A stretch of DNA of 64,000 bases, taken from the NCBI GenBank assembly GCA_040395495.1, contig JBEBQG010000015.1:391-64390 (forward strand), written 5' to 3'. Both the position numbers and the translations under genes were made by a program. Each line of letters opens with the position of its first letter. The first letter of the stretch is position 1. Below are positions 29,222 to 39,104 of this stretch, in pieces. Source of the DNA: Microbacterium hydrocarbonoxydans. GTDB taxonomy: Bacteria > Actinomycetota > Actinomycetes > Actinomycetales > Microbacteriaceae. The notes below the pieces were generated by a model. The model ran no database searches, had not been told where the DNA came from, and saw nothing but the letters and a program-made list of their open reading frames with translations.

Positions 29222-29923
29222 ATGACCGACCTGATCGACACCACGGAGATGTACCTCCGCACCATCCTCGAGCTCGAGGAGGAGAACATCGTGCCGCTGC
29301 GCGCGCGCATCTCCGAGCGTCTCGGACACTCCGGTCCCACGGTATCCCAGACGGTGGGGCGCATGGAGCGCGACGGCCTCGTCGTCGTCTCCGAGGACCG
29401 CACGCTGGAGCTCACGGACGCGGGTCGCCGCAAGGCCGTCGATGTCATGCGCAAGCACCGTCTCGCCGAGCGGCTGCTCTCCGACGTGATCGGCCTCGAC
29501 TGGGCCTACGTCCACGAGGAGGCGTGCCGCTGGGAGCACGTCATGAGCGAGCAGGTCGAGCGGCGCCTCGTCGAGCTCCTCGGCCACCCCACCGAGTCCC
29601 CGTACGGCAACCCCATCCCCGGACTCGACCAGCTGGGTGACTCGCCCGCCCGCACGTTCGACGAGGGCGTCATCGGCCTCGTGCAGAAGCTGAACGCGGC
29701 GGGGGAGCCGATCGAGGGCACCGTGCGCCGTCTCGCCGAGCCCGCTCAGGTCGACCCCGAGCTGCTCGACCAGCTGCGCGATGCCGGCGTCGTGCCGGGC
29801 GCGAAGGGCGATTACCGCTTCAACGAGGGTTACGTGCTGATCCAGATGGAGGGCAAGGACGAGGGTCTCGAACTCCCGGTCGAACTCGCCTCGCACATCT
29901 TCCTCGTGGGGGACCCGGCCTGA
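29222..29923 (+). CDS. ideR: iron-dependent repressor, DtxR/IdeR family
   Basis: ATG at 29222 (MTDLIDTTEMYLRTILELEEE). Metal ligands lie in HRLAERLL and EEACRWEHVMS (Cys-x2-Glu-His, as in iron-type members). C-terminal SH3-like domain. Confidence 0.85.
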   Translation: MTDLIDTTEMYLRTILELEEENIVPLRARISERLGHSGPTVSQTVGRMERDGLVVVSEDRTLELTDAGRRKAVDVMRKHRLAERLLSDVIGLDWAYVHEEACRWEHVMSEQVERRLVELLGHPTESPYGNPIPGLDQLGDSPARTFDEGVIGLVQKLNAAGEPIEGTVRRLAEPAQVDPELLDQLRDAGVVPGAKGDYRFNEGYVLIQMEGKDEGLELPVELASHIFLVGDPA

Positions 29924-30158
29924 CCCCTCTCTGACGATTGTCAGGTTCGTGGGGTGACACGACCGTTATCTTCCGGTAACCTCGGTCAGGTCGCCAGCGA
30001 AGAAGCCCGCTGGCGGTTACCCGCGGAGATCGCCTTCAGGCTCGTCGTCTTCGCGGCAGGATCGCACAAAGTACCCCGAGCTACATTCGTGCCACGAGAA
30101 GCAGAGTGCCGACGAGCCAGCGCTGATCCGAAGCGCGCAGGCGCAGGAGGATCACGTT

Positions 30159-30974
30159 TTGGCCGCAGACATCGAACCGACCGCGAAGACATCTGAAGAT
30201 CGAGTGACCGTCCGTCGCGACGGTCCGCGTCCCGCCGGTCGTTCGGTCGCCAAGCCGCTCCGGTCCGTCGCCATCTTCGGCGCCGTCGGCGCCCTCGTCG
30301 CCGCCGTGGCGCTTCCGGCCTACGCCGCGTCAACGCCCGATGACGCCGCGACCACGGTCCAGCAGCTCGCAGCCGTCGACGCGCAGTCCATCGTCGTCGC
30401 CTCGGAGACCACGGCCGCCCCGATCGACCGCGGCACCTTCAGCGCGACCACGCCGGAGGAGATCGAGAAGAAGAAGGCCGAGGAGGCCGCCGCCGCCCGC
30501 GCCGCCGCGCTCGCCTCCGCGGCGTCGTCGTCCAACCGCAGCTTCAGCGTGGGCAACTACGCGCTCGTGTCTCCGGGCTCCGGCGAGGTGCGCTACCCGC
30601 TGCCCCAGGGCTCCTACAACGTCAGCCGCACGCTCGGCAACGGCCACAACGGCGCCGACATGGTCTCGCCGCAGGGCACGCCGATCTACGCCGCCACCGC
30701 GGGCGTGGTCCGGGTCTCCTCGGAGAGCTACTACGGCTACGGCGTCGGCGTCGTCATCGACGGAGTCGTCGGGGGAGCCCGGGTCGAGACCACGTACGGT
30801 CACATGACCTACGGCTCGCGCCAGGTGCAGGTCGGAGACACGGTCGCCGCAGGCCAGCTCATCGGCTTCGTCGGCAGCACCGGCCGCTCGACGGCCAACC
30901 ACCTCCACCTCGAGGTCAAGGTCAACGGAGGCCTCGTCGAGCCGATCGGCTGGCTCGCTGCCAACGCGGGCTGA
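30159..30974 (+). CDS. M23 family metallopeptidase (secreted cell-wall hydrolase)
   Basis: TTG start with RBS AGGAGG 8 nt upstream; signal/TM segment. The C-terminal M23 motifs are HNGADM and GSTGRSTANHLHLEV. Confidence 0.85.
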   Translation: MAADIEPTAKTSEDRVTVRRDGPRPAGRSVAKPLRSVAIFGAVGALVAAVALPAYAASTPDDAATTVQQLAAVDAQSIVVASETTAAPIDRGTFSATTPEEIEKKKAEEAAAARAAALASAASSSNRSFSVGNYALVSPGSGEVRYPLPQGSYNVSRTLGNGHNGADMVSPQGTPIYAATAGVVRVSSESYYGYGVGVVIDGVVGGARVETTYGHMTYGSRQVQVGDTVAAGQLIGFVGSTGRSTANHLHLEVKVNGGLVEPIGWLAANAG

Positions 30975-31177
30975 TCGCCGGCATCCGCGCTGACACGCCC
31001 CCGTCTGTTCACCCGCAGTTTCGCCCTCGCCCTCCGGGAATGGGTTAGCCTGATCCCGTTGCCGCACAGACGGGAGAGGCTGATGGAACGAATACCGAGC
31101 ATCCGCACCATGGATGCCCTCGGTCGTCACGTCCTTCAGCATCGGCCGCAGGGACGCCACGGTGTTGCCGTGCGCAG

Positions 31178-31208
31178 AAGGCGCTGTCTCTAGACAGCGC
31201 CTTTTTTC
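31178..31208 (+). terminator. intrinsic terminator with U-tract
   Basis: AAGGCGCTGTC-TCTA-GACAGCGCCTT followed by TTTTT. It lies 204 nt after the M23 stop and 80 nt before the HNH gene. Confidence 0.7.
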
Positions 31209-31287
31209 GTCCCTGCGAACGCTCCCCCTGATGTGCGGCCTCGTGTGAGTCGAGAGTGCCGGGAAGCCGTCCCGGCGGATCGAGAGG

Positions 31288-31791
31288 ATGACGATGCGCA
31301 CACTGGTCCTGAATGCCGGATACGAGCCGCTCGCGATCGTGTCGTTCAAGAGAGCACTCGTGCTCGTGATGAACGACAAGGCGACGGTGATCGAACACGT
31401 GGAGGACGACCCCGTCTGGGGCACCCACGGCGTCTACGATCGGCCGGTCGTGATCATCCTCTCGCGCTACGTGCGGGTCCCCCTCAGCCGCCGGGTGCCG
31501 GTGACGAGGCGCGGGGTGCTCCGTCGCGACGATCACCGCTGCGGGTACTGCGGCAAGGCCGCGTCGACCATCGACCACGTGATGCCGAGGTCGCGCGGCG
31601 GTGCCGACTCCTGGGAGAACCTGGTGGCGTGCTGCCTGCGCTGCAACAACATCAAGAGCGACCGTACCCCGCAGGAGATGCGGTGGGAACTCCGGGTGAC
31701 GCCGCGCCCGCCGCACGGCACCGCGTGGACGGTGCGCGGGTCGGAGCGCAGCGACCCGCGGTGGGAGCCGTACCTCGCCCTCGCGGCCTGA
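31288..31791 (+). CDS. HNH endonuclease
   Basis: RRDDHRCGYCGKAASTIDHVMPRSRGGADSWENLVACCLRCNNIK is an HNH motif with two CxxC pairs. An alternative ATG lies at 31294. Confidence 0.8.
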   Translation: MTMRTLVLNAGYEPLAIVSFKRALVLVMNDKATVIEHVEDDPVWGTHGVYDRPVVIILSRYVRVPLSRRVPVTRRGVLRRDDHRCGYCGKAASTIDHVMPRSRGGADSWENLVACCLRCNNIKSDRTPQEMRWELRVTPRPPHGTAWTVRGSERSDPRWEPYLALAA

Positions 31792-31847
31792 GGCCGACGT
31801 CGGACGGTGTGGGAGCGGGCCCGACGCGTCCCGTAGACTGGTCGCGC

Positions 31848-31921
31848 GCCTTCGTAGCTCAGTCGGATAGAGCAGCCCTCTCCTAAAGGGCAGGTCGCTG
31901 GTTCGAATCCAGTCGAGGGCA
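31848..31921 (+). tRNA. tRNA-Arg (anticodon CCU)
   Basis: Hand-folded cloverleaf: acceptor GCCUUCG/CGAGGGC, D arm GCUC/GAGC, anticodon stem GCCCU/AGGGC with loop CUCCUAA, T arm GCUGG-UUCGAAU-CCAGU, discriminator A. CCA is not encoded. Confidence 0.9.
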
Positions 31922-31976
31922 CACCGACTGTTTCGAATCGCACGACTGGCCCTGTTCCGCCGCGAAACCGGGTCAT

Positions 31977-33746
31977 TCACGCGATTCGAAGCCGGCGCTG
32001 CCGTCCCGCCGCCCGCATCACGGCCGCGAAGCTCGCGTCCAGCACCGACCGCGCCCGTCCGGCCGCCCATCCGGTGCCGTCGCCGTCGCGATACTCCACG
32101 AGCGTCAGGGCATCGCTGTCCGCGCCGGCGTCGATGCTCGTCTGATGCAGCGACAGCACGTCCACCGCGACCCCCGCCGCGGCGAGGGCGGCCGTCAGGC
32201 TCTCCACCGGACCCTGGCCGCTGGTGCGGTGCGCGTGGTCGACCCCGTCGACCCGCACGGTGACATCGGCGTGGGCGTCGTCGACCCGGTAGTGCACGAG
32301 TGTCGGCTCCTCGTCGTCTCCGGCGAGATAGGTGTCGGCGAACAGGTTCCACAGGTCCGCGGCCGACAGCTCCTCGCCGGCGGAGTCGGCGCGGTTCTGC
32401 ACCTGCCGCGCGAAGTCGATCTGCAGCCTCCGGGGGAGCTCGACGCCGAACCCCGTCTCCAGGAGGTAGGCGATGCCGCCCTTGCCGGACTGCGAGTTGA
32501 CGCGGATCACCGCGTCGTAGGTGCGGCCGAGGTCGGCGGGATCAACGGGCAGATAGGGGACGCGCCACTGCTGGCTGCGCTCGTCGACCCCGTCGGCGGC
32601 GGCACGGGCCCGGTGCTCGGCGAGGCCCTTGCGGATGGCGTCCTGGTGCGTCCCGCTGAACGCCGTGTGCACGAGGTCGCCGACATAGGGGTGCCGCGGG
32701 TGCACGTCGATGCCGTTGCAGTGCTCGACTGTCCTGCGGATCTCGTCGATGTCCGAGAAGTCGATCATCGGATCGATACCCTGGGCATGCAGGTTGAGAG
32801 CGAGGGTGGCGATGTCGACGTTGCCCGTGCGCTCACCGTTGCCGAAGATGCAGCCCTCGACGCGCTGCGCTCCGGCGAGCACGGCGAGTTCCGCGCAGGC
32901 GATGCCCGTGCCGCGGTCGTTGTGCGGGTGCACCGAGAGGATCACCCCGCCGCGCCGGGCGAGATTGCGGTGCATGTACTCGATCTGATCGGCGTACACG
33001 TTCGGAGTCGCGATCTCTACGGTCGCCGGGAGGTTGAGGATCACCGGGCGATCGGGCGTGGCGTCCCACAGGGTGGTCATGGCGTCGCACACGTCGAGCA
33101 CGTAGTCGGGCTCGGTGAGGTTGAACACCTCCGGCGAGAACTCGAACCGCACGTGCGGGAGGTGGCCGGCGAGGTCGAGCACGTCGCGGCCCGCGGCGAG
33201 GATGAGGTCCTTCAGCTCCTCGCGGGACCGGCCGAGCACGACGTCCCTCCAGGTGGGGGCGGTGGCGGTATAGACGTGGATGACGACGGGGTTGCGGATG
33301 CCGTGCACGGAGGCGACCGTGCGCTCGATCAGGTCGCGCCGTGCGGCGGTGAACACGACGATCGTGACGTCGTCCGGCGCGAGGTCGGTCTCGGCCAGCA
33401 ACCGCACGAAGTCGTAGTCGGTCTGCGAGGCCGAGGGGTAACCCACCTCGATCTCCTTGTAGCCCATGGCGATCATCAGCTCGAAGAACCGGCGCTTGCG
33501 GGCGGGGTCCATCGGCTCGGCCAGAGCCTGGTTGCCGTCGCGGAGGTCGACGGGCACCCAGAGCGGCGCCTCGGTGAGGCGGCGGGTCGGCCAGAGCCGG
33601 TCGGTGAGGGGGACGTCGACGCGGTCATGGGGCGGGAGATAGCGATGCGAGGGCATCTGCGAGCCGCGCTGCCGGTTCCAGTGCGGGGCGTCGGACGGCA
33701 CCGGGCCGTTCGGCGTGGACAGGGTCGGGAACGATCGGGAAGTCAT
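31977..33746 (-). CDS. leuA: 2-isopropylmalate synthase (long actinobacterial form)
   Basis: [54 protein letters not shown]...[11 protein letters not shown]. The ATG at 33746 is preferred over the TTG at 33776. Confidence 0.9.
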   Translation of the reverse strand: MTSRSFPTLSTPNGPVPSDAPHWNRQRGSQMPSHRYLPPHDRVDVPLTDRLWPTRRLTEAPLWVPVDLRDGNQALAEPMDPARKRRFFELMIAMGYKEIEVGYPSASQTDYDFVRLLAETDLAPDDVTIVVFTAARRDLIERTVASVHGIRNPVVIHVYTATAPTWRDVVLGRSREELKDLILAAGRDVLDLAGHLPHVRFEFSPEVFNLTEPDYVLDVCDAMTTLWDATPDRPVILNLPATVEIATPNVYADQIEYMHRNLARRGGVILSVHPHNDRGTGIACAELAVLAGAQRVEGCIFGNGERTGNVDIATLALNLHAQGIDPMIDFSDIDEIRRTVEHCNGIDVHPRHPYVGDLVHTAFSGTHQDAIRKGLAEHRARAAADGVDERSQQWRVPYLPVDPADLGRTYDAVIRVNSQSGKGGIAYLLETGFGVELPRRLQIDFARQVQNRADSAGEELSAADLWNLFADTYLAGDDEEPTLVHYRVDDAHADVTVRVDGVDHAHRTSGQGPVESLTAALAAAGVAVDVLSLHQTSIDAGADSDALTLVEYRDGDGTGWAAGRARSVLDASFAAVMRAAGRQRRLRIA

Positions 33747-33798
33747 GGGACGAGACGGTAGCAACTCCTCAGACAAGTTGACAAGTTATACTCCTCGC

Positions 33799-34467
33799 AT
33801 GGCACAGATCCAGCGCACTCCGCTCGCCGACCAGGCGGCCGACCTGCTCCTCGACCGCATCCGCGCCGGGGAGTGGCAGCTCGGCCAGAAGCTCCCGGGC
33901 GAGACCACCCTCGCACCCCAGCTCGGCGTCGGACGATCGACCGTGCGCGAGGCCATCCGTCAGCTCGCCGGACGGGGGGTGCTCGCCTCCCGTCAGGGCT
34001 CGGGCGTGTTCGTCACGGCCCTCGACGTGCCGGAGGACTGGGATGCCGTGCTGCGCCGCGCCGACATCGTCAGCGTGATCGAGGCGCGGATCGCGATCGA
34101 GTCCGAGGCGGCCTCCCTCGCCGCCCTGCGCCGCACGGCGTCCGATCTCCGGGCGATCCGCCGGGCGCTCGATGTGCGTTCCGCGTCCGCCACGTCCATC
34201 GAGGCTCACGTCGACGCCGACACGGCGTTCCACCGCTCGATCGTCGTGGCCGCGCACAACCCGATCCTGCTCGAGCTCTTCGACGGGCTCACCCCGAGAC
34301 TGCGGCAGTCGATGATCGAGATGCTGCGCATCCGGGTCGACTTCGGCGGCGCCGCCGACCACGACCGCCATGTGCGGCTCGCCGACACCGTCGCCGACCA
34401 CGACGCCGAGGCGGCCGCATCCGAGAGCAGGGAGCACCTGACCGAGCTGAAGCAGGCGCTGTCATGA
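33799..34467 (+). CDS. GntR family transcriptional regulator (FadR subfamily, FCD domain)
   Basis: ATG at 33799. The winged helix is LPGETTLAPQLGVGRSTVREAIRQLAGRGVLASRQGSGVFV, followed by an all-helical C-terminal domain. Confidence 0.85.
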   Translation: MAQIQRTPLADQAADLLLDRIRAGEWQLGQKLPGETTLAPQLGVGRSTVREAIRQLAGRGVLASRQGSGVFVTALDVPEDWDAVLRRADIVSVIEARIAIESEAASLAALRRTASDLRAIRRALDVRSASATSIEAHVDADTAFHRSIVVAAHNPILLELFDGLTPRLRQSMIEMLRIRVDFGGAADHDRHVRLADTVADHDAEAAASESREHLTELKQALS

Positions 34468-35258
34468 CCGAGGTGCTGAGACTGGACGCCGTCACCTTCC
34501 GCCGCAACGGCACGGAGATCCTGCACGGCGTCGATCTCCGCGTGGCGGCGGGGGAGCACTGGGCGCTGCTCGGCCCGAACGGCGCGGGCAAGAGCACCAT
34601 CCTTGGCTTCTGCGGGGCGCAGACCCACCCCACCACGGGAACCGTCGACGTGTTGGGCAAACGGCTGGGCCGGGTCGACATGCAGGAGCTGCGCCGCCAC
34701 ATCGGCCATGTCAACCCCCGTCATCCGATCCGCTCCGACCTCACCGCCCTCGACGTCGTGCTCACCGGGTTCACCGGCACCGTCGAGCGGATGATGAGAT
34801 GGGCGCCCTCCGCCGACGAGCACGCGAGGGCGGTGGGGCTCGTGGAGCTGGTCGGCCTTGCGGGCAAGGGCGACGCCCGCTGGCCGACCATGTCGCAGGG
34901 GGAGCGCGGTCGGTCGCTGATCGCCAGGGCGCTCGCGGCGTCGCCCGCCCTCCTGCTGCTGGACGAGCCGACCACGGGCCTCGATGTGGCGGCCAGGGAG
35001 CAGCTGCTGGAGACCGTCGACGATCTCTCCCGCACCGAGCCGGAGGTGGCCTCCGTGCTCGTCACGCACCACCTCGAGGAGCTGCCGGAGAGCACGACGC
35101 ACGCGATGGTGATCGCCGACGGACGCGCGCTCGCCGCGGGTCCCGTCGGCGACGTGCTCACGTCCGAGACGATCAGCGAGGCGTTCCGGCATCCGATCGA
35201 CGTGGCGTACGACGACGGACGCTGGAGCGCCAGGACGAGGCGGCGCTCGCTCGCCTGA
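34464..35258 (+). CDS. ABC transporter ATP-binding protein (no cognate permease adjacent)
   Basis: The ATG overlaps the GntR stop (ATGA). Walker A GPNGAGKST, signature MSQGERGRSL, Walker B LLLDEPTTGLD. Confidence 0.85.
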   Translation: MTEVLRLDAVTFRRNGTEILHGVDLRVAAGEHWALLGPNGAGKSTILGFCGAQTHPTTGTVDVLGKRLGRVDMQELRRHIGHVNPRHPIRSDLTALDVVLTGFTGTVERMMRWAPSADEHARAVGLVELVGLAGKGDARWPTMSQGERGRSLIARALAASPALLLLDEPTTGLDVAAREQLLETVDDLSRTEPEVASVLVTHHLEELPESTTHAMVIADGRALAAGPVGDVLTSETISEAFRHPIDVAYDDGRWSARTRRRSLA

Positions 35259-35259
35259 G

Positions 35260-37455
35260 TCAGTCCTCCCCGCGTCGCCAGAGCGCAGACGGCCACCAGA
35301 TGCGCCGGCCGATGTCGTAGGCGAGGGCGGGGACGAGCAGGGAGCGCACGATGAAGGTGTCGAGCAGCACGCCGAACGCCACGATGAAGGCGAGCTGCAC
35401 GAGGAAGAGGATCGGGATCACGGACAGCGCGGCGAACGTCGCCGCCAGGACGAGGCCGGCGGAGGTGATCACGCCGCCCGTGATGGAGAGTCCGCGGAGG
35501 ATGCCGTCGCGGGTGCCATGCCTCGCCGACTCCTCCCGCACCCTGGTCATCAGGAAGATGTTGTAGTCGATCCCCAGTGCCACGAGGAAGACGAATCCGA
35601 ACAGCGGGACCGCCGGGTCCGCCCCGGGAAAGCCGAAGACCCCGTTGAACACCAGGGCGGAGACGCCGAGTGCGGTGCCGAAGGACAGCACTGTCGTGAG
35701 CACGAGCAGCACCGGTGCGAGCACCGATCGCAGCAGCAGCATGAGGATCACCAGGATCACCCCCAGGATGACGGGGATGATGAGCGTGCGGTCGTGGATC
35801 GATGCGTCGTTCGTGTCGACCGAGGTCGCCGTCACGCCGCCCACGCGGGCGCCCAGCGGGTCGAGGTGCGTGCGCAGCTGACGGACGGTGGATGCCGCGG
35901 CGTCGGAGTCCGCCGCAGCGGTCAGCGTGCCCTGCAGCAGCACCTCTCCGTCGACCACCGTGGGGTCGAGGGCGGGGTTCCCGGGTGCGCCGACCGCGCC
36001 GATGCCCTCGGTCGTCACCGGGGCGGATCCGCTCGGCGATGCGGCGGAGGTGACGGAGACGCCGTCGATGCCGTCGTCGGCGAGGAGCACGTCGGCGGCA
36101 TCCTGGAGGCGGGCCTCGTCGACGACCACGTACACGGGGCTTCCGGAGCCGCCGGGGAAGTGCTCGCCCAGCACGGCCTGACCGTCGCGGGCGTCGGACG
36201 CTCCGAGCACGAGGTCGGACTGCGGCACCCCCGTCGCGTCGAGCTGGGTGAGCCCTGCGGCTCCGATCAGCAGCACGACGGTCGTGGAGATCCAGATCGC
36301 GCGCGGACGCCGGGAGACGGCTGCGGCGAGACGGGCCCAGAGCCCCGATGTCGGGCGGCCGTCCTCGGCGGCGACGACCTCTGGCTCGAACGCGGGGCGA
36401 CGCGGCCAGAACGCCGCACGGCCGAAGGTCATCAACAGGGCGGGCAGCAGGGTGAGCGCGGCGAGCATGGCGAATGCGATGCCGATCGCCGCGACCGGGC
36501 CGAGAGTGCTGTTGGACTTCAGGTCGCTCAGGAGCAGGCACAGAAGACCGGCGATCACGGTGCCTCCGGAGGCGACGATCGGTTCGACCGATCCCTTCCA
36601 CGCGGCCGTCACGGCCGCGCCCCTGTCGAGCGTGCGGCGCAGCTCCTCCCGGAAGCGCGAGACGAAGAGCAGGGCGTAGTCGGTGGCCGCGCCGATGACG
36701 AGGATGAACAGGATGCCCTGGGTCTGGCCGCTCAGCAGCAGCACGCCCGCTTTGGCGAGCCACCAGACGACGAGCAGGGCGACGCAGAGCGCGAACAGAC
36801 TGGTCGACAGCACGACCAGCGGGAGCAGCAGGGAGCGGTACACGAGGACGAGGATGACGAGCACGGCGAGCAGGGCGACCCCCAGCAGGAGGCCGTCGAT
36901 GCCCGCGAACCCCGCGATCAGGTCGGCGCTGAACCCGGCCGGCCCGGTGATGTGCACCGCCACCCCGTCGGGAAGGCCGGAGCGCAGATGGTCCGCCACC
37001 GCCTCGACCGTGTCGCCGAGCTCGGCGTCGCTGCGTATCGGCACGAACGCCTGCACGGCCTTCCCGTCGTCCGAGGGGATCGCGGGGGAGACCTCGTCGG
37101 CGACCCCGTCGACGTCGACCGCGCTCGACACCCGGTCGGAGATCGCCGCCAGCGTCGTGGGAGACAGCTCCTCGTCGCTCGAGAACACGGCGATCGCGGG
37201 AACGGCGTCGCTGTCGGTGAACTCCCCGAGCAGCTCCTGCACCTGCGTCGCGTCGGCCGATTCGGGGAGGTACGCCGTGCGGTCGTTCGAGGAGACCTCG
37301 TCGACCCTGCCGAACAGCGGTCCGCCCATGCCCGCGGCGGCCAGCCACGCCACGATGAGCAGAGCGGGGATGAGCACCCGCGCCCAGGAGCGGCGACGCG
37401 GACGTTCCCGTGCGTCGTGAGGGGCGGGGGCGGGGTGTGCGGAGCGGCGGGGCAT
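35260..37455 (-). CDS. MMPL family (RND superfamily) transporter
   Basis: 731 aa with two blocks of about 6 TM segments separated by soluble loops. The layout is typical of MMPL. It lies 25 nt downstream of crtEb on the same strand. Confidence 0.85.
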   Translation of the reverse strand: MPRRSAHPAPAPHDARERPRRRSWARVLIPALLIVAWLAAAGMGGPLFGRVDEVSSNDRTAYLPESADATQVQELLGEFTDSDAVPAIAVFSSDEELSPTTLAAISDRVSSAVDVDGVADEVSPAIPSDDGKAVQAFVPIRSDAELGDTVEAVADHLRSGLPDGVAVHITGPAGFSADLIAGFAGIDGLLLGVALLAVLVILVLVYRSLLLPLVVLSTSLFALCVALLVVWWLAKAGVLLLSGQTQGILFILVIGAATDYALLFVSRFREELRRTLDRGAAVTAAWKGSVEPIVASGGTVIAGLLCLLLSDLKSNSTLGPVAAIGIAFAMLAALTLLPALLMTFGRAAFWPRRPAFEPEVVAAEDGRPTSGLWARLAAAVSRRPRAIWISTTVVLLIGAAGLTQLDATGVPQSDLVLGASDARDGQAVLGEHFPGGSGSPVYVVVDEARLQDAADVLLADDGIDGVSVTSAASPSGSAPVTTEGIGAVGAPGNPALDPTVVDGEVLLQGTLTAAADSDAAASTVRQLRTHLDPLGARVGGVTATSVDTNDASIHDRTLIIPVILGVILVILMLLLRSVLAPVLLVLTTVLSFGTALGVSALVFNGVFGFPGADPAVPLFGFVFLVALGIDYNIFLMTRVREESARHGTRDGILRGLSITGGVITSAGLVLAATFAALSVIPILFLVQLAFIVAFGVLLDTFIVRSLLVPALAYDIGRRIWWPSALWRRGED

Positions 37456-37480
37456 CGAGATCCTCTCGGGTCGGTCGGTC

Positions 37481-38362
37481 TCAGGAGAGCCACGCGAGGA
37501 TGACGATCATCGTCGCGAGGAATCCGGCGAAGTAGTTCAGAGCGATGAACCGTCGCCATGCGCGGTTGGTCGATGCGGCATCCGCGTCTTCGACGTTCCA
37601 CCAAGGCAGCGCGTTCAGGAGATAGGGGATCGCGAGCACCGCACCCAGCGGGGCGGGCCACGGAGCTGCGAGCACGACGAGCCCCGATGCCGTCCACAGC
37701 GCGATCGAGAAGCGCACGGTCGCCCGTGCGCCGATCGCCGTGGCGATGGACGCGATGCCCGCGTCGCGGTCCGGACGGATGTCCTGCACGGCGCCGAAGG
37801 CGTGGGAGGCCATCCCCCAGAGGAAGAAGGACACGAGCACGAGGATCGTGCCGGTGGTCGGGGCGGCGCCGGACAGGGTGAGTCCGACGACGGCGGGGCT
37901 CACGAAGTGCACGCTGGAGGTGGCCGAGTCGACGAAGGGCCTCTCCTTGAAGCGGAGCCGCGGCGCCGAGTAGGCGATCACGGCGAACAGACTCACGCTC
38001 AGCGCGATCCACGACGCGGCATCGCCCACCGCGTAGAGCCACACGAGGAACGGGATGTTGAGGCACACCGCGGTCCAGATCGTGCGGCGGTGCAGGCTGG
38101 GGCCGAGCAGCGCGCCCTCGATGCCGCCCTTGCGAGGGTTGGCGAGATCGGAGGCGTAGTCGAAGACGTCGTTGATGCCGTACATGGCCAGGTTGTAGGG
38201 CACCAGGAAGTACAGGGTGCCGACGACCGCCGTGGCGTCGAGCTCCCGCGTCGTCAGCAGGTAGGCGACGGCGAACGGGAAGGCGGTGTTGATCCAGCTC
38301 ACCGGCCGGGAGGACAGCAGGATCGCTGCGGCGTCCTTGGCGGCCGTGCCTCCGGCGGTCAC
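37481..38362 (-). CDS. crtEb: lycopene elongase / UbiA-family prenyltransferase of C50 carotenoid synthesis
   Basis: UbiA-type motifs NDVFDYASDLANP and GAVQDIRPDRDAG; polytopic membrane protein. The GTG start overlaps the crtYf stop (GTGA). Confidence 0.8.
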   Translation of the reverse strand: MTAGGTAAKDAAAILLSSRPVSWINTAFPFAVAYLLTTRELDATAVVGTLYFLVPYNLAMYGINDVFDYASDLANPRKGGIEGALLGPSLHRRTIWTAVCLNIPFLVWLYAVGDAASWIALSVSLFAVIAYSAPRLRFKERPFVDSATSSVHFVSPAVVGLTLSGAAPTTGTILVLVSFFLWGMASHAFGAVQDIRPDRDAGIASIATAIGARATVRFSIALWTASGLVVLAAPWPAPLGAVLAIPYLLNALPWWNVEDADAASTNRAWRRFIALNYFAGFLATMIVILAWLS

Positions 38363-38757
38363 CGTCGCTCTTCCCTTCGCGCGGCCCCGTCCCCGTCCGC
38401 GTCCGCGTCCGCGGCGGTGCCCCCGTCACCGCTCGCGACCCCAGCGTGCTCGCGGCGGGAGATGAGGAGGGCCCACAGCGCGGGGAGCAGCACCGCGCCT
38501 GCGAGCGGATAGGCGAAGTCCTCGAGAGGGGCGAGCCAGAGATGTGCGCCGAGCAGCAGCTCCGGCGCGTAGTGGAAGAGCCCCGCGGCGATCATGAGGC
38601 TGTCGAAAACCACGGTGAGAGCCGTGAGGACGAGGGCGGTGACGATCACGGGGAGCGGGCGGACGCGGCGCCTCGCAGGAGTCAGCAGGCTGAGCAGCGC
38701 GGCGGCGACGGCGGCGATGGCGAGGCCTGTCACGGCGAGGGAGGCGTAGGCGGTCAT
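38359..38757 (-). CDS. crtYf: C50 carotenoid epsilon-cyclase subunit (lycopene cyclase domain protein)
   Basis: 132 aa, about 3 TM segments, with the PLEDFAYP motif typical of heterodimeric lycopene cyclase domains. ATGA overlap with crtYe. Confidence 0.7.
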   Translation of the reverse strand: MTAYASLAVTGLAIAAVAAALLSLLTPARRRVRPLPVIVTALVLTALTVVFDSLMIAAGLFHYAPELLLGAHLWLAPLEDFAYPLAGAVLLPALWALLISRREHAGVASGDGGTAADADADGDGAARREERR

Positions 38758-39104
38758 CGCGCGCCTCCGCGGTCGCGGCTACGGAGGCGGAGGCGGGCGA
38801 TGATCCGCACGGCGCCCGCGTAGACGACCATGGTGCACACGACGAGGAAGAGGAGGAAGACCGGTTCCTCCAACGGCAGCTCCGGCGCGAGCACGATGCC
38901 CGTCGCGATGGCCGCATCCCCGCGGAGGAAGACGCCAGCGGCGATCCCGGCGGCGTCCCAGGAGAGGAAGCACAGGATGCCGATGACGGTGACGATCGCC
39001 GCGGATCGGGGGTCGCGCCAGAAGAAGAGCCGGAACCTCCTGTCGAGCAGCAGCATCCCCGCGAGCGACGCGAGGAGGGCGAGGAGGTAGAGCGCGCCCG
39101 TCAT
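38754..39104 (-). CDS. crtYe: C50 carotenoid epsilon-cyclase subunit (lycopene cyclase domain protein)
   Basis: 116 aa, start MTGALYLLALL at 39104 overlapping the crtI stop (ATGA). Contains the LPLEEPVFL motif. The upstream part of the 297-aa ORF is rejected. Confidence 0.7.
   Translation of the reverse strand: MTGALYLLALLASLAGMLLLDRRFRLFFWRDPRSAAIVTVIGILCFLSWDAAGIAAGVFLRGDAAIATGIVLAPELPLEEPVFLLFLVVCTMVVYAGAVRIIARLRLRSRDRGGAR

Noticed and set aside
31083-31193. A 36-aa ORF (MERIPSIRTMDALGRH...) with an upstream GGGAGAGG, between the M23 and HNH genes.
   Set aside because: Third-position GC is only about 64 percent, against roughly 90 percent or more in genes here. The spacing between the putative RBS and the ATG is very short. 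The region is better explained as structured RNA.
31922-31945. A partial echo of the tRNA-Arg 3' end (TTCGAATC...GACTG) that might mark a genomic-island attachment site. The same question applies downstream of tRNA-Ala.
   Set aside because: Only about 8 nt are repeated. No integrase, no compositional shift and no second repeat copy are visible, and the flanking genes (leuA and a GntR regulator) look like core genes.
33773-33788. A direct repeat, ACAAGTTG ACAAGTTA, containing TTGACA in the leuA/GntR divergent region, as a possible GntR operator or promoter.
   Set aside because: There is no properly spaced -10 element and no dyad symmetry of the FadR-type operator. The evidence is insufficient to call a site.
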